This document shows, one piece after another, positions 11,400 through 24,250 of a stretch of 64,000 nucleotides of DNA. The DNA lies in NCBI GenBank assembly GCA_965287045.1, contig OZ336899.1, positions 19,034,001 through 19,098,000 of the forward strand. The letters are read 5' to 3'. The position numbers and the translations under genes are program-made. Source of the stretch: Carcharhinus amblyrhynchos. Its lineage: Eukaryota. Under the pieces are notes generated by a model, which was given only the letters and a program-made list of their open reading frames with translations, searched no databases and was not told the DNA's origin. The number at the start of each line of letters is the position of its first letter. Within the stretch, counting starts at the first letter, position 1.

Positions 11400-11770
11400 G
11401 AAAGGAAGACTTTGATTTTTCTAGCACCTTCCAAGACTCCAGGACCTCCCAAAATGCATTACAACCAATGATGTACTTTCTGAAATCCAGTCACTGTTGT
11501 AAGGTAGGAAAGCGTGTCAGGCTGTTAGGGCACAGCAAGATCCTACAAGCAACAATGTGACAATGACCAGAAAATGTGTGTTCAGTATTGTCGATTGAAG
11601 GATAAATTGGGAGACCTTCCCTAATCTTTTTCAAATAGTGCTGCGGGATCTTTCATGTCCTCCTGAGAGGGCAAAGAGGGCTGCAGTTGAACTCATCTCA
11701 TCCTAAAACCAGCACCCCTGACAGCGCAGCACTCCCTCGGTACTGCTCTGAAGCGTCAGCCTGGATTCTG
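11400..11770 (-). mobile_element. Deu-domain SINE (SacSINE1/AmnSINE1-like), old
   Basis: Contains gcagcactccctcggtactgc, gggatctttcatgtcctcctgagagggca and a reverse-complemented Deu-domain/tail. Confidence 0.7.
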
Positions 11771-12317
11771 ATAATGGTCTGGATAATTAGGGTCTGTGAC
11801 ACTTTGGTGTAACATTTCACAGACAATCCATAAAGTTTATGCTTCAGCAAATGATTATCAGACCCCCTCAGCAATTCTATTGATAGACGTCTTGTTGCTA
11901 GTTTGATGCTGGTATCTAAACAAGTTGAATATTTTCTGCTGATATCTCCTCTTCACCTAAAGGGTTAATCTGTCTTTTTGTTGTCCTGGCGTTGACAGAT
12001 ATTTCCCCTGTATTTTCATTTTAATAGTTTAACTTTGATTAACCATCAAAACCTTGTCGGAATTTAAAAAAAAAGCATCTTTCTCAATCCACAGATTTAT
12101 TCAAATGCCTCTGATAAATACATGAAGGAAAATCCAATCAGCATTTCACAGAGTACAACATGAAACTCTTCAAATCTAATGTGTAAAACAGTGAGAGAGA
12201 GGGGCAAGGGATATCTAGGAATTGTCTCAGGATTAATATTGGCAAAGCCTTCAGAGGTCATTTATGATTTTTAATTGGGGATTAATTCCAGGTGGGGTTT
12301 AAAGGGGATCACGAACT

Positions 12318-12472
12318 TAAAATGCTGGAGGAACTCAGCAGGTCTGACAGCCTTTGTGGAGAGAGAATAGAACCAATGCTTCAATGCTGTCTCTATTCTC
12401 TCTCCACAGATGCTGATTTTCCAACATTTTCTGTTTTTGTTTCAGATTCCAGCATCTGCAGTATTTTACCTT
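12318..12472. mobile_element. Inverted pair of Penelope-like terminal fragments (family 2)
   Basis: tgtggagagagaataga pairs with tctattctctctccaca, followed by gatgctg...cagattccagcatctgcagta. Confidence 0.55.
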
Positions 12473-13089
12473 TATTAAAGGGGAGGGAACTTGTTCTAAT
12501 AAAGGGGAGGTGTCTGTGTGCACACGAACATTCACTCATTTTAGACTCAGTCAGGCACTTCTTCCAACCGCCACCACTCTTCTCCATCCCTGAAGATGGT
12601 AGCTGCCACTCCTGTGCTTCATTCAAGGGCTGGATTGTGCGTGTGAAGGCAATTGGTGTCTGGCTATTTTAACTGGCTGCATCATGGCCAGGTTTGCTGC
12701 TATTTACCTCCGCCATTCACCCGTACACACGCTCCAGCACAGGTCACTGCACGGCAAATAGGAATCTACACTTCTGCTGATTTCATCATCGCCTTCACGC
12801 ACAGGCACCAATGCCCATTGTTGTCCCGCACCCAGCACTATTCCATCCACCATCATAGGTCATTGATCATATCGAAAACAGGAGAGGTTTAAACAGATCC
12901 AACATAATCTCAAGATTTACCCTTCAGAAACAAAGGGTGTACAAACAGACAGACACATGCACATATTCAGCAAAATACACATGCACCTATCCTTACATGC
13001 ATGCATTAAAACATGTATACAGTCACATGCATGACCACATACATGTGTGTAGGTGCACATGTATACACTTAATAGTACACAGATACCGT

Positions 13090-13362
13090 TCATTGAATCC
13101 TACAGCACAGAAGGAGGCCATTTGGCTCATCAAGTCTGCACCGACCACAATCTTACCCAGGGCCTATCCCCATAACCCCATGCATTTACCCCTGCTAATC
13201 CCCCTGACACTAAAGGGCAATTTAGCACAGCCAATCCACCTAACCCACACATCTTCAGACTGTGAGGGAGAAAACCCATGCAGACACGGGGAGAACGTGC
13301 AGACTCCACACAGACGGTGATGTAAGCTGAGAGGCAGCAGTTCTAACCACTGTGCCGCCCCC
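13090..13362 (-). mobile_element. HE1-like V-SINE, tail A
   Basis: Reverse complement of the consensus, ending taaccactgtgccgccc. Confidence 0.85.
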
Positions 13363-13374
13363 AAGTGCAGAAAT

Positions 13375-13386
13375 ACACACACACAC

Positions 13387-13420
<34 letters not shown>
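13375..13420. repeat. (CA)n microsatellite
   Basis: About 22 CA units with one interruption. Confidence 0.95.
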
Positions 13421-13424
<4 letters not shown>

Positions 13425-14009
13425 CCTCAGAAACATGTGGCAGAATCTATTCAAGTATGTGTGTGCGTTTTCTTTAAATGGGAAATGGAATGACAGACCA
13501 TCTGGCAGAAAAAAGACAGCCTTTCAGAGAAATTCATTAAAGGCTGAGCAGAGAACAAAAATCCAGCCAGATGTATATTGGAGGCTGAGTTAAAGAGTGC
13601 TGTGGAATTTCCTTTGATCTCTTTGTGCGTGTTCATTCTAGTCACACGGATGTCAGGTTAACTGCGCAGTTAAACTGCGCTGTTAACCATTTCACCACTT
13701 ACTATAACTAGCATAATGATTCAGAGTAGCTTGCAACTTGCACAGGATTTACATGGCGATGACCTTGCAATTTCTGGTGTCTTTATTTCAGGAACAACAA
13801 GTACCTTCTGCTCGCTCCAAGTTCTATAGAGTCTGCAGGCCCATCCACTGAAGCATTCTCATCTTGTCACCAGTAACAGGCACTGATCTTAGCCCTTAAT
13901 ACTGAGCACTCAGTGCTGCAGGTTTGTGCACTATCTCATTGATATCACACAGCTTCCTCAGAAGCCTTGATACAAATATCAACTCAGAATATGATAAGAG
14001 GACTGTCAC

Positions 14010-14712
14010 AGGAAGAACGAATGTGTATTTCTACAGTGCCTTTCAAGAGCTTTATGGCCAATGAAATGCTTTCAAAGTAGTTGTTGTTATTACAGAATTC
14101 CTACAGTGCAGAAGGAGACCATTCGGCCCATCAAGTCTGCACTGACAACAATCCCACCCAGGTCCTATCCCTGTAACCTCACATATTTACCCGCTAATCC
14201 CTCTAACCTATGCATTCTGGGACACTGAGGGGCAATTTAGCATGGCCAATCAACATAACCTGCACGTCTTTGGACTGTGGGAGGAAACCCACACAGACAC
14301 AGGGAGAACATGCAAACTCCACACATTCAGTGACCCAATTGAACCCAGGTGCCTGGAGTTATGAGGCCGTAGTGCTGACCACTGTGCCACTGTACCGCTC
14401 TGTTGTTGCAGAGTTGAAAATATGGCAGTTAATTTGTATGCAGCAGGGTCTCAAATAATGAGCAGGTAACCTGATTTAGCGCCACTGGGTGAGGAATCAA
14501 TACTTGCTGGGCCTCCCTTGCTCTTCACCAGAGAGTGTCATGGGGTCTTTTACATTTAAAAGCGAGGTGAGGTCTCACCTGAAAGGCTGCACCTGATACA
14601 GTACAGCACTCACTCTGAAATGCACTGAGGTGCCAGTCTAGATTATGTGCTCAAGCTCTTGGAGCTGAACCCACAAACACGGAGGTGAGAGTGCAGCCAC
14701 AGAGAGTGACAG
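14010..14712 (-). mobile_element. Deu-domain SINE interrupted by an HE1 V-SINE (~14093-14397, -)
   Basis: Deu tail at 14010-14090, Deu body and tRNA-like head at 14400-14712, HE1 tail-A copy between them. Confidence 0.7.
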
Positions 14713-15284
14713 AGAAATACCTGCAAATGGGCAACTCATTGTTTCAGCTTCATCATCGGAACTTGATGCTCTGCCCACCAGAACTCTCCTGATTTTGAGA
14801 AGAGGGCACATGGCTGACATCAGGCAAATAGCATTGCTGGCCCCCTGCCCAAGCCACTGGCAGCAACAAAAATGATCTTGCAGCTTTCAAAGCTGCTGTA
14901 AGTATTGGTGTGGTACAACATTAATAAAATGTTTCCTAAATAGGACATCAAACACTGTAACTTGCTGATAATGGCAGGGTGGTCTGGGACTCTGTAGTTG
15001 CCCAGTCTGAATACATGTCCTTAGTTTAACAAATTCTGCACTGACCTTGCGGCAACATCACAGTAAACTGATATCCGTTTGTAAAGCTGTTTATAGTTAA
15101 TGTCCAGAGGTAGCAGTATCAGCACAGCTTGGAGTATGACTGCCTCTGGTGCGATACGCAGAGATGACACACAGCCTGTATCTGTGCACCAGGAGTTTTA
15201 TTTACCGTGCTTTAAAATGTCTCCTCTCTCTGGTGTTTTGTTTACAGTGTTTCAAAACGTCTGCTCTCTCGTGCTTATAACAGT

Positions 15285-15482
15285 TCATAGAATCCTACAT
15301 TGCAGAAGGAGGCCATTCAGCCCACTGGGTCTGCACTGACCACAATCCCACCTATCCCCATAACCCCATGCATTTCCCCTAGCTAGTCCCCCTACACTAA
15401 GGGGCAACTTAGCATGGCCAATCCGCCTAATCTGCACATCTTTGGACTGTGGTGGAAAACCCATGGAGACATGGGGAGAATG
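15285..15482 (-). mobile_element. HE1-like V-SINE 3' half, tail A
   Basis: tcatagaatcctacattgcagaaggaggccattcagccc...catggggagaatg. Confidence 0.8.
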
Positions 15483-18400
15483 TTTGCCTACCGTTTGATT
15501 TTGTTTTTCTAAGTGACCACACCTAGCTTTAACTAACCACATGCAAACAGATACCAGACTCACACAATGAAACATGGAACAAATGAACACACAGGAAAAT
15601 GATTTCTCTACATCCACACCATCACCTTGACATATGGTTCAGGGCATGTGTGAGGAATGGGGCAAAGAGGGATAATACTTCCCCTGGAAATCCCATTGTA
15701 GTCTGGCAGCAAACAATAATATGTATGCCTGTGCCATGCTGGGCTGCATATGGACTCCACCAAAAAGAAACAACCCATTCCTTCACCAATAAAGCAGCAA
15801 AGTGCCATTCTGAAACCGTGGCAGTACTGTGGTGAGTGGGTAGGTGCACATCCCTATGGTGCTCTTGCTGCTCAGGGATCTACTGTTATCATGTGTACAA
15901 ACATATGAAATTGGAGCAGAATTAGGCCATTCAGCCCCTTGAGATTTTGTCTGATCTATTTGTACTGAGTTCCACATTCCTATCTACCACTACCACTACT
16001 ACCTTTGATTCCCTTGTAATAATCTATCTACCTCTGCCTTAAAAATAGTCAGCCAACATCATCTTCTGAGACAGAGGCAGAATTTTCCAGCTGCCCTCGC
16101 CCCGAGTTAATGGGGGTAGAATGTGGGAGGCCATCGAGGAGTGTACACAATAATCAGGTTTAGAGGGAACAGATTTATGAATGAGGATTTCAGCAGCGTA
16201 TGAGCTGAAAGAATAAATGACTGCTAAAACTTTTGTTTTCAATTACTTTATGTTTTGATGCTTGTGTGATGTGATTCAGCTCTGCTGTAGGAACTCTGAG
16301 GAAACAACTTGCTGACTCCTTTACTGCCTGCCTGAGATACTGATTGTGTTTACCCATTGTTGGAAAAACGTGGCATTTTCCACCATGTCCATCAAGAATC
16401 TCATTGTATTCATCTCATGAATCGTAACTCATTTTTTTGGAACCTTAAATTATGCAGCTTTATGCAACCCCATCCCCCAACCCTGCAGATTCGTACAGAG
16501 TAAGCTCCACCTTTCAAATGTATCGCAGTGATGAGGTGAGGCTGCTTCTAACAGAATTGGGGGCCAGAAACTCATCGAGCCAACAATTCCATTGCAACAA
16601 TAGGACAGACAAGTCGTTAAAGCCAATGGATCATTAAAACTGGGTCTACCAAATAGAATCTCTACAGTGCAGAAGGAGGCTATCAAGTCTGCACCAACCA
16701 CAATTCCACCCATAACCCCATGCATTTACCCAAGCTAACTGTTGCACTTGCCTGAAAACTCTCATACAAAACCACAATCTTGTTCTGCCTTAGGGTTACA
16801 GTCTGAACCACAGAGGTGTCAGATGTAACTCAATGCAGAGAAGGGCAAAGTAAATTTAAGGATAAAGAGCAGTTAAAGGAACAATACCCTAACTGGTAAG
16901 GTCCCTAACAAATTAGAGGGATAGAGATGTGGATGCATAGACTGTTAAAGATGGAAGTACAGTACAAAAGGATTCTGAATTGCACACACATTTATATATT
17001 TATAAATGTCTGTCTGTTTGTTGGCAAACTTCTCCAAGATCCTCAGCACAATCTCTGCTAAATATGGTGCGATGGTAAATTGGACCAAGAGACATGTCAC
17101 AGGGGAACTGACACTTAACCTCCCACTCAGGGGGCTTTGGCATCCTAGCAGGACATCTCATGTCTCTGCCTACTTTGTGTCTCTGTTGACACTGTAACTC
17201 AGACATGCTTTAACCAACCTGAACTTACATTCCAGAAAAGAATGCGATGAATTTAAATAACACGTCCCTCACTTCCTTTCATGTTTTATTTGTTTCATGT
17301 ATGTAACACTCGGAAATACTGCTTGGTAAAGAAAGTGACAGGCAGTATGCAGAGCCAGGGAAGATGAAAAGGCTGGAACAAAAAAAGCAAAATGTTGATG
17401 GAAAACGACAGGCAGCAATTAGAGAAAGGAAAGATGAAGAGACAGGAGCAACAGAGAGTGACGCGACACAATGCAAAAGACGCTTAAAGGAAGCTTTCAC
17501 CTATGATACTTATCAGAGTTAGGAGTCAGACCCAGAATATGATATTGGCAGTAAATCAAATACATGTGAATATTATGGTGCAAGGAAGTGGAATAAAAGA
17601 GCCACCTTTAATGTGCGGTACAAATGGTAAAGTATGATTGCCCCTTCTTAACTGAATCACCTGGCCCGTTGAATGTTGGAAACAAAATCAAAACACACTT
17701 TTTGAAACACATTCGAAAATATCACAGCTGACTGAGATCACCAAGAAATCTCTTCAATTTGCCTCGTGGAGGAAGAACTTTCCATGCAGCCTATCACAAA
17801 ATATTTAATGTTTCAGCAATCGTGCAGAGAGTGTCACTGAAAATGTAGAGGGTGATACTTCAGACAATGACTTTTGATGCTATTGCTGAAATATACAGAA
17901 TATTAACAAACAGAGGAAATAGATGCGGATGTAGAATTTGACCCTGAGGATTCTGAGTGATACTGAAGATATGTGATGAGGGTAGATAGCACCAGGTGAA
18001 GAGCTAGCATGTTACAGGTGCAACGGACTGAATGGCGTCCTCCTACGCAAAATATGCTATGATTTGCTCCCTTGGAGATGGTAAAAGTGCAATTTCTTTG
18101 TTTAATTTAAATCCTCTATGTTATATAACATTTAATGGTTTCCAATTTAAAAACTCACAGTACAATTATTTCATGGCTGTCTGATCCTATCATGGACTGG
18201 TTCATTAATTCCACTGGATCCATTGCCTGCAGCTGAGAGTGTTGTGGGTAAGGTGAAACATATTCTATAAAATCTCCAACCAATGGATTGTTTTCAAATA
18301 TTTCAAGATGATGATATTGGTAATTCTGAAAGTTGTAACGTGGTGAATTTCAGGAGAAATTTGTTGGCGCCCTGTCCACCTCCCATACACTAAACAAGCA

Positions 18401-18703
18401 TCTGAGCCTCCAAGGTGTCGAAGCCAACACTCAGGAGGTGCACTGCTCGCCACATTGGTACGGGGCACACCACTGAATCACAGAATGGTGATTCAGCACA
18501 GTACAAAATGGGGTTATTCAGCCCAATGTATCTGTGCTGATTCTCTGAAGGGAAACAAAGAAAGATGCCCTCTTGACGTCCATTCTTTTGATCTCTTTGA
18601 AGCACTTTAGGATTTTTCTGGGCACTGAAGGCATCCTATGGCTCCACATTGCTGTTGTGATTTATGGAAAGGGCTTAGAGTTTGTTATAGGCCCTGAAGA
18701 CAG

Positions 18704-18976
18704 TCATAGAATCCCTACAGTGCAGGAGGCAGCCATTTAGCCCATTGAGTCCGCACTGACAATAATCCCATCCAAGCCACATTCCCGTAATCCCACCCTG
18801 CTAATGGACACTAGGGTCAATTTAGCATGGCCAGTCAATCCAACCGGAGCACCTGGAGGAAACCCACGCAGACATAGGGAGAATGTGCAAACTCCACATA
18901 GACAGTGACCCGAGGCTGCAATTGAACCCGTGTCTCTGGCACTGTGAGGCAGCAGTGCCAACCACTGTGTCGCCCA
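18704..18976 (-). mobile_element. HE1-like V-SINE, tail A
   Basis: Reverse complement of the consensus with an internal deletion. Confidence 0.85.
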
Positions 18977-19465
18977 CTTTGATCTTCCCATATTTAATTT
19001 GGGAGAATTGTGGTTCATCTTACACTGGGTTTGACACCAGAGAAACTGGGGCGGGGTGTGCGCAAATTGAGACTGGAAAGGTAGAACCGAGTGTCTACGT
19101 GTGGAAGCTGAAAATGTGACTTTTCAGGTGATGCGGGCATGAGGCAGCATGTCAGTGAGGAACGTGAGGGTCCAGAGACAGACCCCTGAGAGTCTGCTGA
19201 GGTGACGGAGTGGGGAGGGAGGGGGACAGGAGGAGAAGCCATTGCTGGAGGTATTCTGGCTACAAGTGACTGTGTAAAAATTGTAACCAAACAAGGGGCA
19301 AGTTAATCAAGCTGGACAATGGGGGGGATAATGTGGGGATCAACCATATTAGGCAAAGAAGGATGGTAAATATACCAAAGAAGTATGGTGATTTAGTATT
19401 ACCTTAGTGCTATAGCAAGTATAGAAGTGGGATTGTTTGGTGAAATGATCTTTTTAAGCTCCTCA

Positions 19466-19665
19466 ATAAAAGTACAATACTGCAGATGCTGGAAATCTGA
19501 AATAAAAACAGTAAGTGCTGGAAAAATCTCAGAGGTCTGACAGCATCTGTGGAGAGAGAAGCAGAGTTAACATTGAATCTAAAATGACGTATCTTCGCTT
19601 CCTCAAATGTTGCCAGACTTGTTGCATTTTTTCAACATGTTCTGATTCCAAGTTCCTTTATTTTT
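19466..19665. mobile_element. Penelope-like terminal fragments (family 2), partly inverted
   Basis: tactgcagatgctggaaatctgaaataaaaacag...ggtctgacagcatctgtggagagagaagcagagttaac, then a decayed opposite-strand copy. Confidence 0.55.
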
Positions 19666-19905
19666 ATGTTGTACAGCAAGACAGTATCGTACCTGTTGGT
19701 TAGTGGCAGTAACAAAGATCAAAAGCAGCCACATCAACGCTCTGAGGCTCTCCTGGAGTCCACTTGTCAATATTAGTGGGGTAGGATATTACCCAAGCTC
19801 TTTGTGTGCATCCAACGCTCCTAACACTCTCCGAGGTACTTGCTGTTCCCCACCTTATCTGAGCGCAGATGGCTAATGAGAGATCAAGCATTGCCTGCGA
19901 CTTAC

Positions 19906-19980
19906 CCGCTGCTGTATCAGTGCGTGTTTATGCTCCATTTCCCTTTTCTCCACTGCTGAGTCAATCACAAGCTGGTCCAG
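19906..19980 (-). CDS. ACAP3: ACAP3 internal exon (probable exon 9, 75 nt), LDQLVIDSAVEKREMEHKHALIQQR
   Basis: tttcttccccctattcag|CTGGACCAG...CAGCAGCGG|gtaagt. Phase 0-0, near-identical to ACAP3 LDQLVIDSAVEKREME. Confidence 0.96.
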
Positions 19981-20469
19981 CTGAATAGGGGGAAGAAAGC
20001 AAAAAATAAATCTGTTGGTAATAAATCTGCACACACAACAAGGCTCAAGAATTTCTCCTGCACAGAAAATGACGGCCTAAACATCAGCCGAAATAAAAGT
20101 GAAATAAAAATATGACGAGATTACGAATCTATCTTGAACCGTTCCTTGAATTTAAAGGAAGCAGCTTCGCTCTTGGAATAACGACAGGAATTTAACCGTT
20201 CAAGAATGGATTGACCTGGGTCTGTTTCGAGAATTATCCATTGTTTATGTCATTTCTTTAGTGAAGTTTAACGTCGCAAACATTTGGATTATGCCAGCAG
20301 GATTTCCATGATTGATTGTCCCTGCCAATGACGTGACGGGAATCCTGACTTCCATTTGCATCAATTTAAATATCACCATCAGACCTTTACACCTGATTGT
20401 TCCACCCCCCCTCCCCCCGTTAAACTGCCCATTAATGCCAGCGTGAGGGCACTTTACTGTCTGTCTTGA

Positions 20470-20812
20470 TGGCCTAGTGCTATTAACCCATTAAACTATT
20501 AATCTAGAAACTTAGCTAATGTTCTGGGGACCTGGATTCGAATCCTACCATGGCTGATGGTGGAAGTTGAATTAAATTAAAAAACCCGGAATTAATAATC
20601 TGATGACCGTGAAATGATTGTCGGAAAAACCCATCTGGTTCACTAAGTGCCCTTTAGGGAAAGAAGTCTGCCATCCTTACCCAGTCTGGCCTACAGATGA
20701 CTCCAGAGCCACAGCAATGTGGTTGACTCTCAATTGCCCTCCAAGGGCAACTAGGGATGGCAATAATTGCTGGCCAGCCAGCGGCGCCCGTGTCCCACGA
20801 ATGAGTAAAAGA
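20470..20812 (+). mobile_element. tRNA-derived SINE family 2, near full length
   Basis: tggcctagtg...ggattcgaatcc (A/B box-like), body gaaaaacccatctggttcactaa, tail gggatgggcaataattgctggccagcc...gaatgagtaaaa. Confidence 0.8.
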
Positions 20813-21532
20813 AGAGTCGTGACAGGGTCCCCCATGATATGCTCCTGGCAAATTAATCAGCACAGCCCCCATGGGAGAGAGGGTCATGTTTGCGCAGTAT
20901 CCTGGAGCTGTCTGGGCACTCCCCTACCCTGGCGCTTCCCCTTCAGCACTGCTGCCTGGGCTGTGCCAAGGTAGAGCCTGAGCACTACAAAGGGGCAGAG
21001 TTAGGGGGGGGAGAGTGTTTCTTGGGGGGGGGGGTGCGGGGGTGTTAGTTTCTGTGGGGTTGGTGTTGGGGAATTTGTGGGAGTGATACTGGGAGTGTTC
21101 TGTGGTGGGGGGGTGAGAGTTCTGTGGTTGCAGGAGGTTGGGGGGGAGGGTGAATTTTCATAGGGAAGGTGTCTCTTTTTTTTTTAATTTTTAAAAACAG
21201 CACCCCCCCCCCTCCCCAATCTTTTAAAAACCCAAGTTGCTGGCAGGGCTCTGTGATGTCATGAGACCCACCCCTTCACTTTCTTTCGCTTTTAATAATA
21301 ACAGCAGGAAAACCAGCAGCACGCTATCCTTGTCCTTCCCCATTCAAGATGACACTTAGATAAAGAAAATTGGAAAATTCTGCCTTTGGAGTGGGACTGC
21401 CGGAGGAGTTTCTGGCTCAGAGATAGGGACAATTACCCACTGTGCTACAAGGCCTCACCCTTCACCTGAACCTCCCTTCCATTCTCCCCATTTGGTTTAA
21501 AATTCCAGTTACAGCTCTACAGCCCTGCCTGC

Positions 21533-22042
21533 GCAGAGATATTTTGGCCTTGGAGGGAGTGCAGAGGAGGTTTACTAAGCTGATACCGGAGTTGAGGGGG
21601 TTGAGCTATGAGGAGAGGCTGAATAAACTGGGCTTGTACTCGTTAGAGTTTAGAAGAATGAGAGGAGATCTCATTGAGACGTATAAGATGATGAATGGGA
21701 TGGATAGGATAGAGGTGGAAAGACTCTTCCCGCTCAAAAAAGACAATAGGACTAGGGGGCACAACCTCAAGATAAAAGGGGGGCGGTTTAGAACGGAGTT
21801 GAGGAGGAACTTCTTCACTCAAAGGGTGGTGAATCTCTGGAATTCTCTGCCCGTTGAAGTGGTGGAGGCTGCCTCGCTAAATATTTTTAAGACGCGGGTT
21901 GATGGGTTTTTGATAGGAGAGGGGATTAAGGGTTATGGGGAGAGGGCGGGAAAGTGGAACTGAGCAGCGGCAGATCAGCCATGATCTTATTGAATGGCGG
22001 GGCAGGCTCGAAGGGCTGGATGGCCTACTCCTGCTCCTATTT
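21533..22042 (+). mobile_element. CR1 LINE, 5'-truncated, young (intact ORF2 C-terminus)
   Basis: ORF 21442..21963: LEGVQRRFTKLIPELRGLSYEERL..LGLYSLEFRRMRGDLIETYK...TRGH..K...RRNFFTQRVVNLWNSLP. 3' UTR ends in (ttcttatg) repeats. Confidence 0.93.
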
Positions 22043-22689
22043 CTTATGTTCTTATGTTCTTAAATGCTCCAGCTATGATGAACCATAGCCCATCCCGATA
22101 CACCATCCTCCCACGTTCACCAGGACTCCAGCACCACCCAGTCTCCAGAAAACGGGAGGAGACTCCCACGCCACCAGAATGTAGTTCATCGACAACTTCT
22201 ACGCGGCTCACACACAATAGATCCAGCATATGCTCAATAGCTCTGAATTCAGGGGCAGGTTATAATTAGTCAAAAAAAAAGACCTCAATGCCTGCAGCCA
22301 CTTTTCCTTCATTGCCTCAATGAAACAAGTTTTTATTCTTAATTATGCGATTAATTAATCCTCCAGGGTACTGTGCACTCAGTTTCAGTGTGCGTCTTTT
22401 AGTGATATTTCTGGAACTGTTCTCTTCCAGGGCATTTCCCATTTTCATCTGCCACAAAGTAATACTCTGCTGCTTTTGATGTGTTGTAGTAATTTGACAT
22501 GTGAAATTAATGCAGCTTATATAGATGAAGTAGAACTAATATATATCCCACACTTGCATATATAAATATATATTATTCATGTTTTACATTACATACAAAA
22601 CCAATTTTTTAAATGTACTTTCCTCCCCGAGTTCGCCCTCTTTGTTTCCTGTGGTTTATTCTGAGGTAAAGTTCCACATGAGCTGGCTG

Positions 22690-23445
22690 GCTAGTTATGG
22701 CTTAGTGTTGGTAGCCACTCTCACCTCTGACTCAGGAGGCTGGGGGGAGGGTGGGTTAGCAGCTGTCTGTGCTCAAAGCCCACTCCAGAGACTTAAGCAT
22801 TTGACTAAGACTCCAGTGCAGTACTAAGGGGATGCTGCTCTGCTGGATGTACCATCTTTCGGTTGGGACTTTAAACACAGGCCTCTGTCTCCCTCCTCAG
22901 GTGGTTGTAAAAGATCTTATGGCACTGGTCAAAGAACAGTGTTCATCCAGTATCTTGATCAATATTTATACAATATACAACACATCAGTTGGTCATTGAG
23001 GGTGGCACAGTGGTTAGCACTGCTGCCTCACAGCGCCAAGGACCCGGGTTCGATTCCGGCCTCAGCTTTGTGTGGAGTTTGCATATTCTCCCCATGTCTG
23101 CATGGGTTTCCTCCAGGCGTTCCGGTTTCCTCCCACAGTCCAAAGATGTGCGGGTTAGGTGGATTGGCCTGGTATGTTACCACTTAATATCAGAGACACT
23201 ATCCCCCGATATGTAAATATATGGGGATAGGGCCTGGGTGGGATTGTGCGCATGCTCGATGGGCTGAATGGCCTCCTTCTGCACTGTAGGGAGTCTATGA
23301 TTATCATGTTGCTACTTGTGGCCATTAGCTGACAGTAAATTGGCTGCTGCGAATCCTACATCCCAACAGTGGATACAACTGGCTGTGTAACATTTCAGAA
23401 ATCTTGAGGCTGCTGTGTAAATGTAAGTCATTCACTTTTTCTTTT
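22690..23445 (+). mobile_element. Deu-domain SINE interrupted by an HE1 V-SINE (~22999-23302, +)
   Basis: actccagtgcagtactaaggggatgctgc...ctcaggtggttgtaaaagatc...ttggtcatt|HE1|attatcatgttgctacttgtgg...aaattggctgctgc. Confidence 0.75.
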
Positions 23446-24002
23446 CACTGTCCACTATCTCATCCATATGGCAATACTCTTACGGAAGCTAGGACTATTC
23501 AGCCACTGAGACGTCACAGTCAGGGCCAATTTTGCTCTCGGCTGACCTTTGCATTCACAGAGTCTCCAGTAGCAGGAATCCCGGGGTGGGGGGGAATCGG
23601 GAGTGGGAATATAGTGGGTTTTTGTCTTCGCCACCACCCAGCCACTTGCGTTGTTTGGGAGGGCCTAAGTGGGCAGGCCCACTTGCTCATTGCCACAACA
23701 GAGGGTGCAGTTGTTCATTAAGCCACCGGGGGAACTTCGTAAATAAATGAAAGGGAGACTCCAGTCATTAAGCCTCAAGATAATCCTCTTTCACAGAAAT
23801 CTGCTAATAATCTCAGCAGATGAAGCCTTTCCCATTAAACCCTTCCTCACGATTCTCATTAATCACTTGCCAGCTGCAATGGCCACAAACTAATTAACAT
23901 TGTGAAAAAAGGAAGTTAAATAATCTTGAATAATAATATCCACCAGTAATGCCTTAATCTAAAAGCACGACTGCAACATCATTACATTAAACAGCCTCTT
24001 AC

Positions 24003-24098
24003 CTCTGTGGCCAGTTTCTTCATGTATGGATCAAGCTCCTTAAGTAAGTCGTAGCCTTGTTGGAAGAAAGTATACTGGGCGTGCATGAATGACAGCAT
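24003..24098 (-). CDS. ACAP3: ACAP3 internal exon (probable exon 8, 96 nt), MLSFMHAQYTFFQQGYDLLKELDPYMKKLATE
   Basis: Lies within ORF 23982..24239(-). ttctgcgttccag|ATGCTG...ACAGAG|gtaaga, phase 0-0. Confidence 0.96.
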
Positions 24099-24250
24099 CT
24101 GGAACGCAGAATGACAAACCAACAGACAAGTTTTAATATCTAACATTTTCCCACAATTTATCCAAGTTACCAGAAGGGGAATAATTATTACACAGAATTC
24201 TCCCAAATCCAGTGATAGGCTTCCTTTAAATGTTTTCACAAAGAAACCAT

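Noticed and set aside
13499-13501. Possible 3-nt microexon (tcttttttctgccag|ATG|gtctgt, minus strand)
   Set aside because: Weak donor and no known Met at this position in ACAP3; unsupported without RNA data.
14828-14850. ggccagcaatgc on the minus strand resembling the PH-domain ASNA motif
   Set aside because: Flanking codons do not match, and it lies on the wrong side of the microexon.
21442-21963. 173-aa ORF as a host gene
   Set aside because: It is the CR1 ORF2 C-terminus fused to flanking sequence, 5'-truncated and lacking RT/EN domains.
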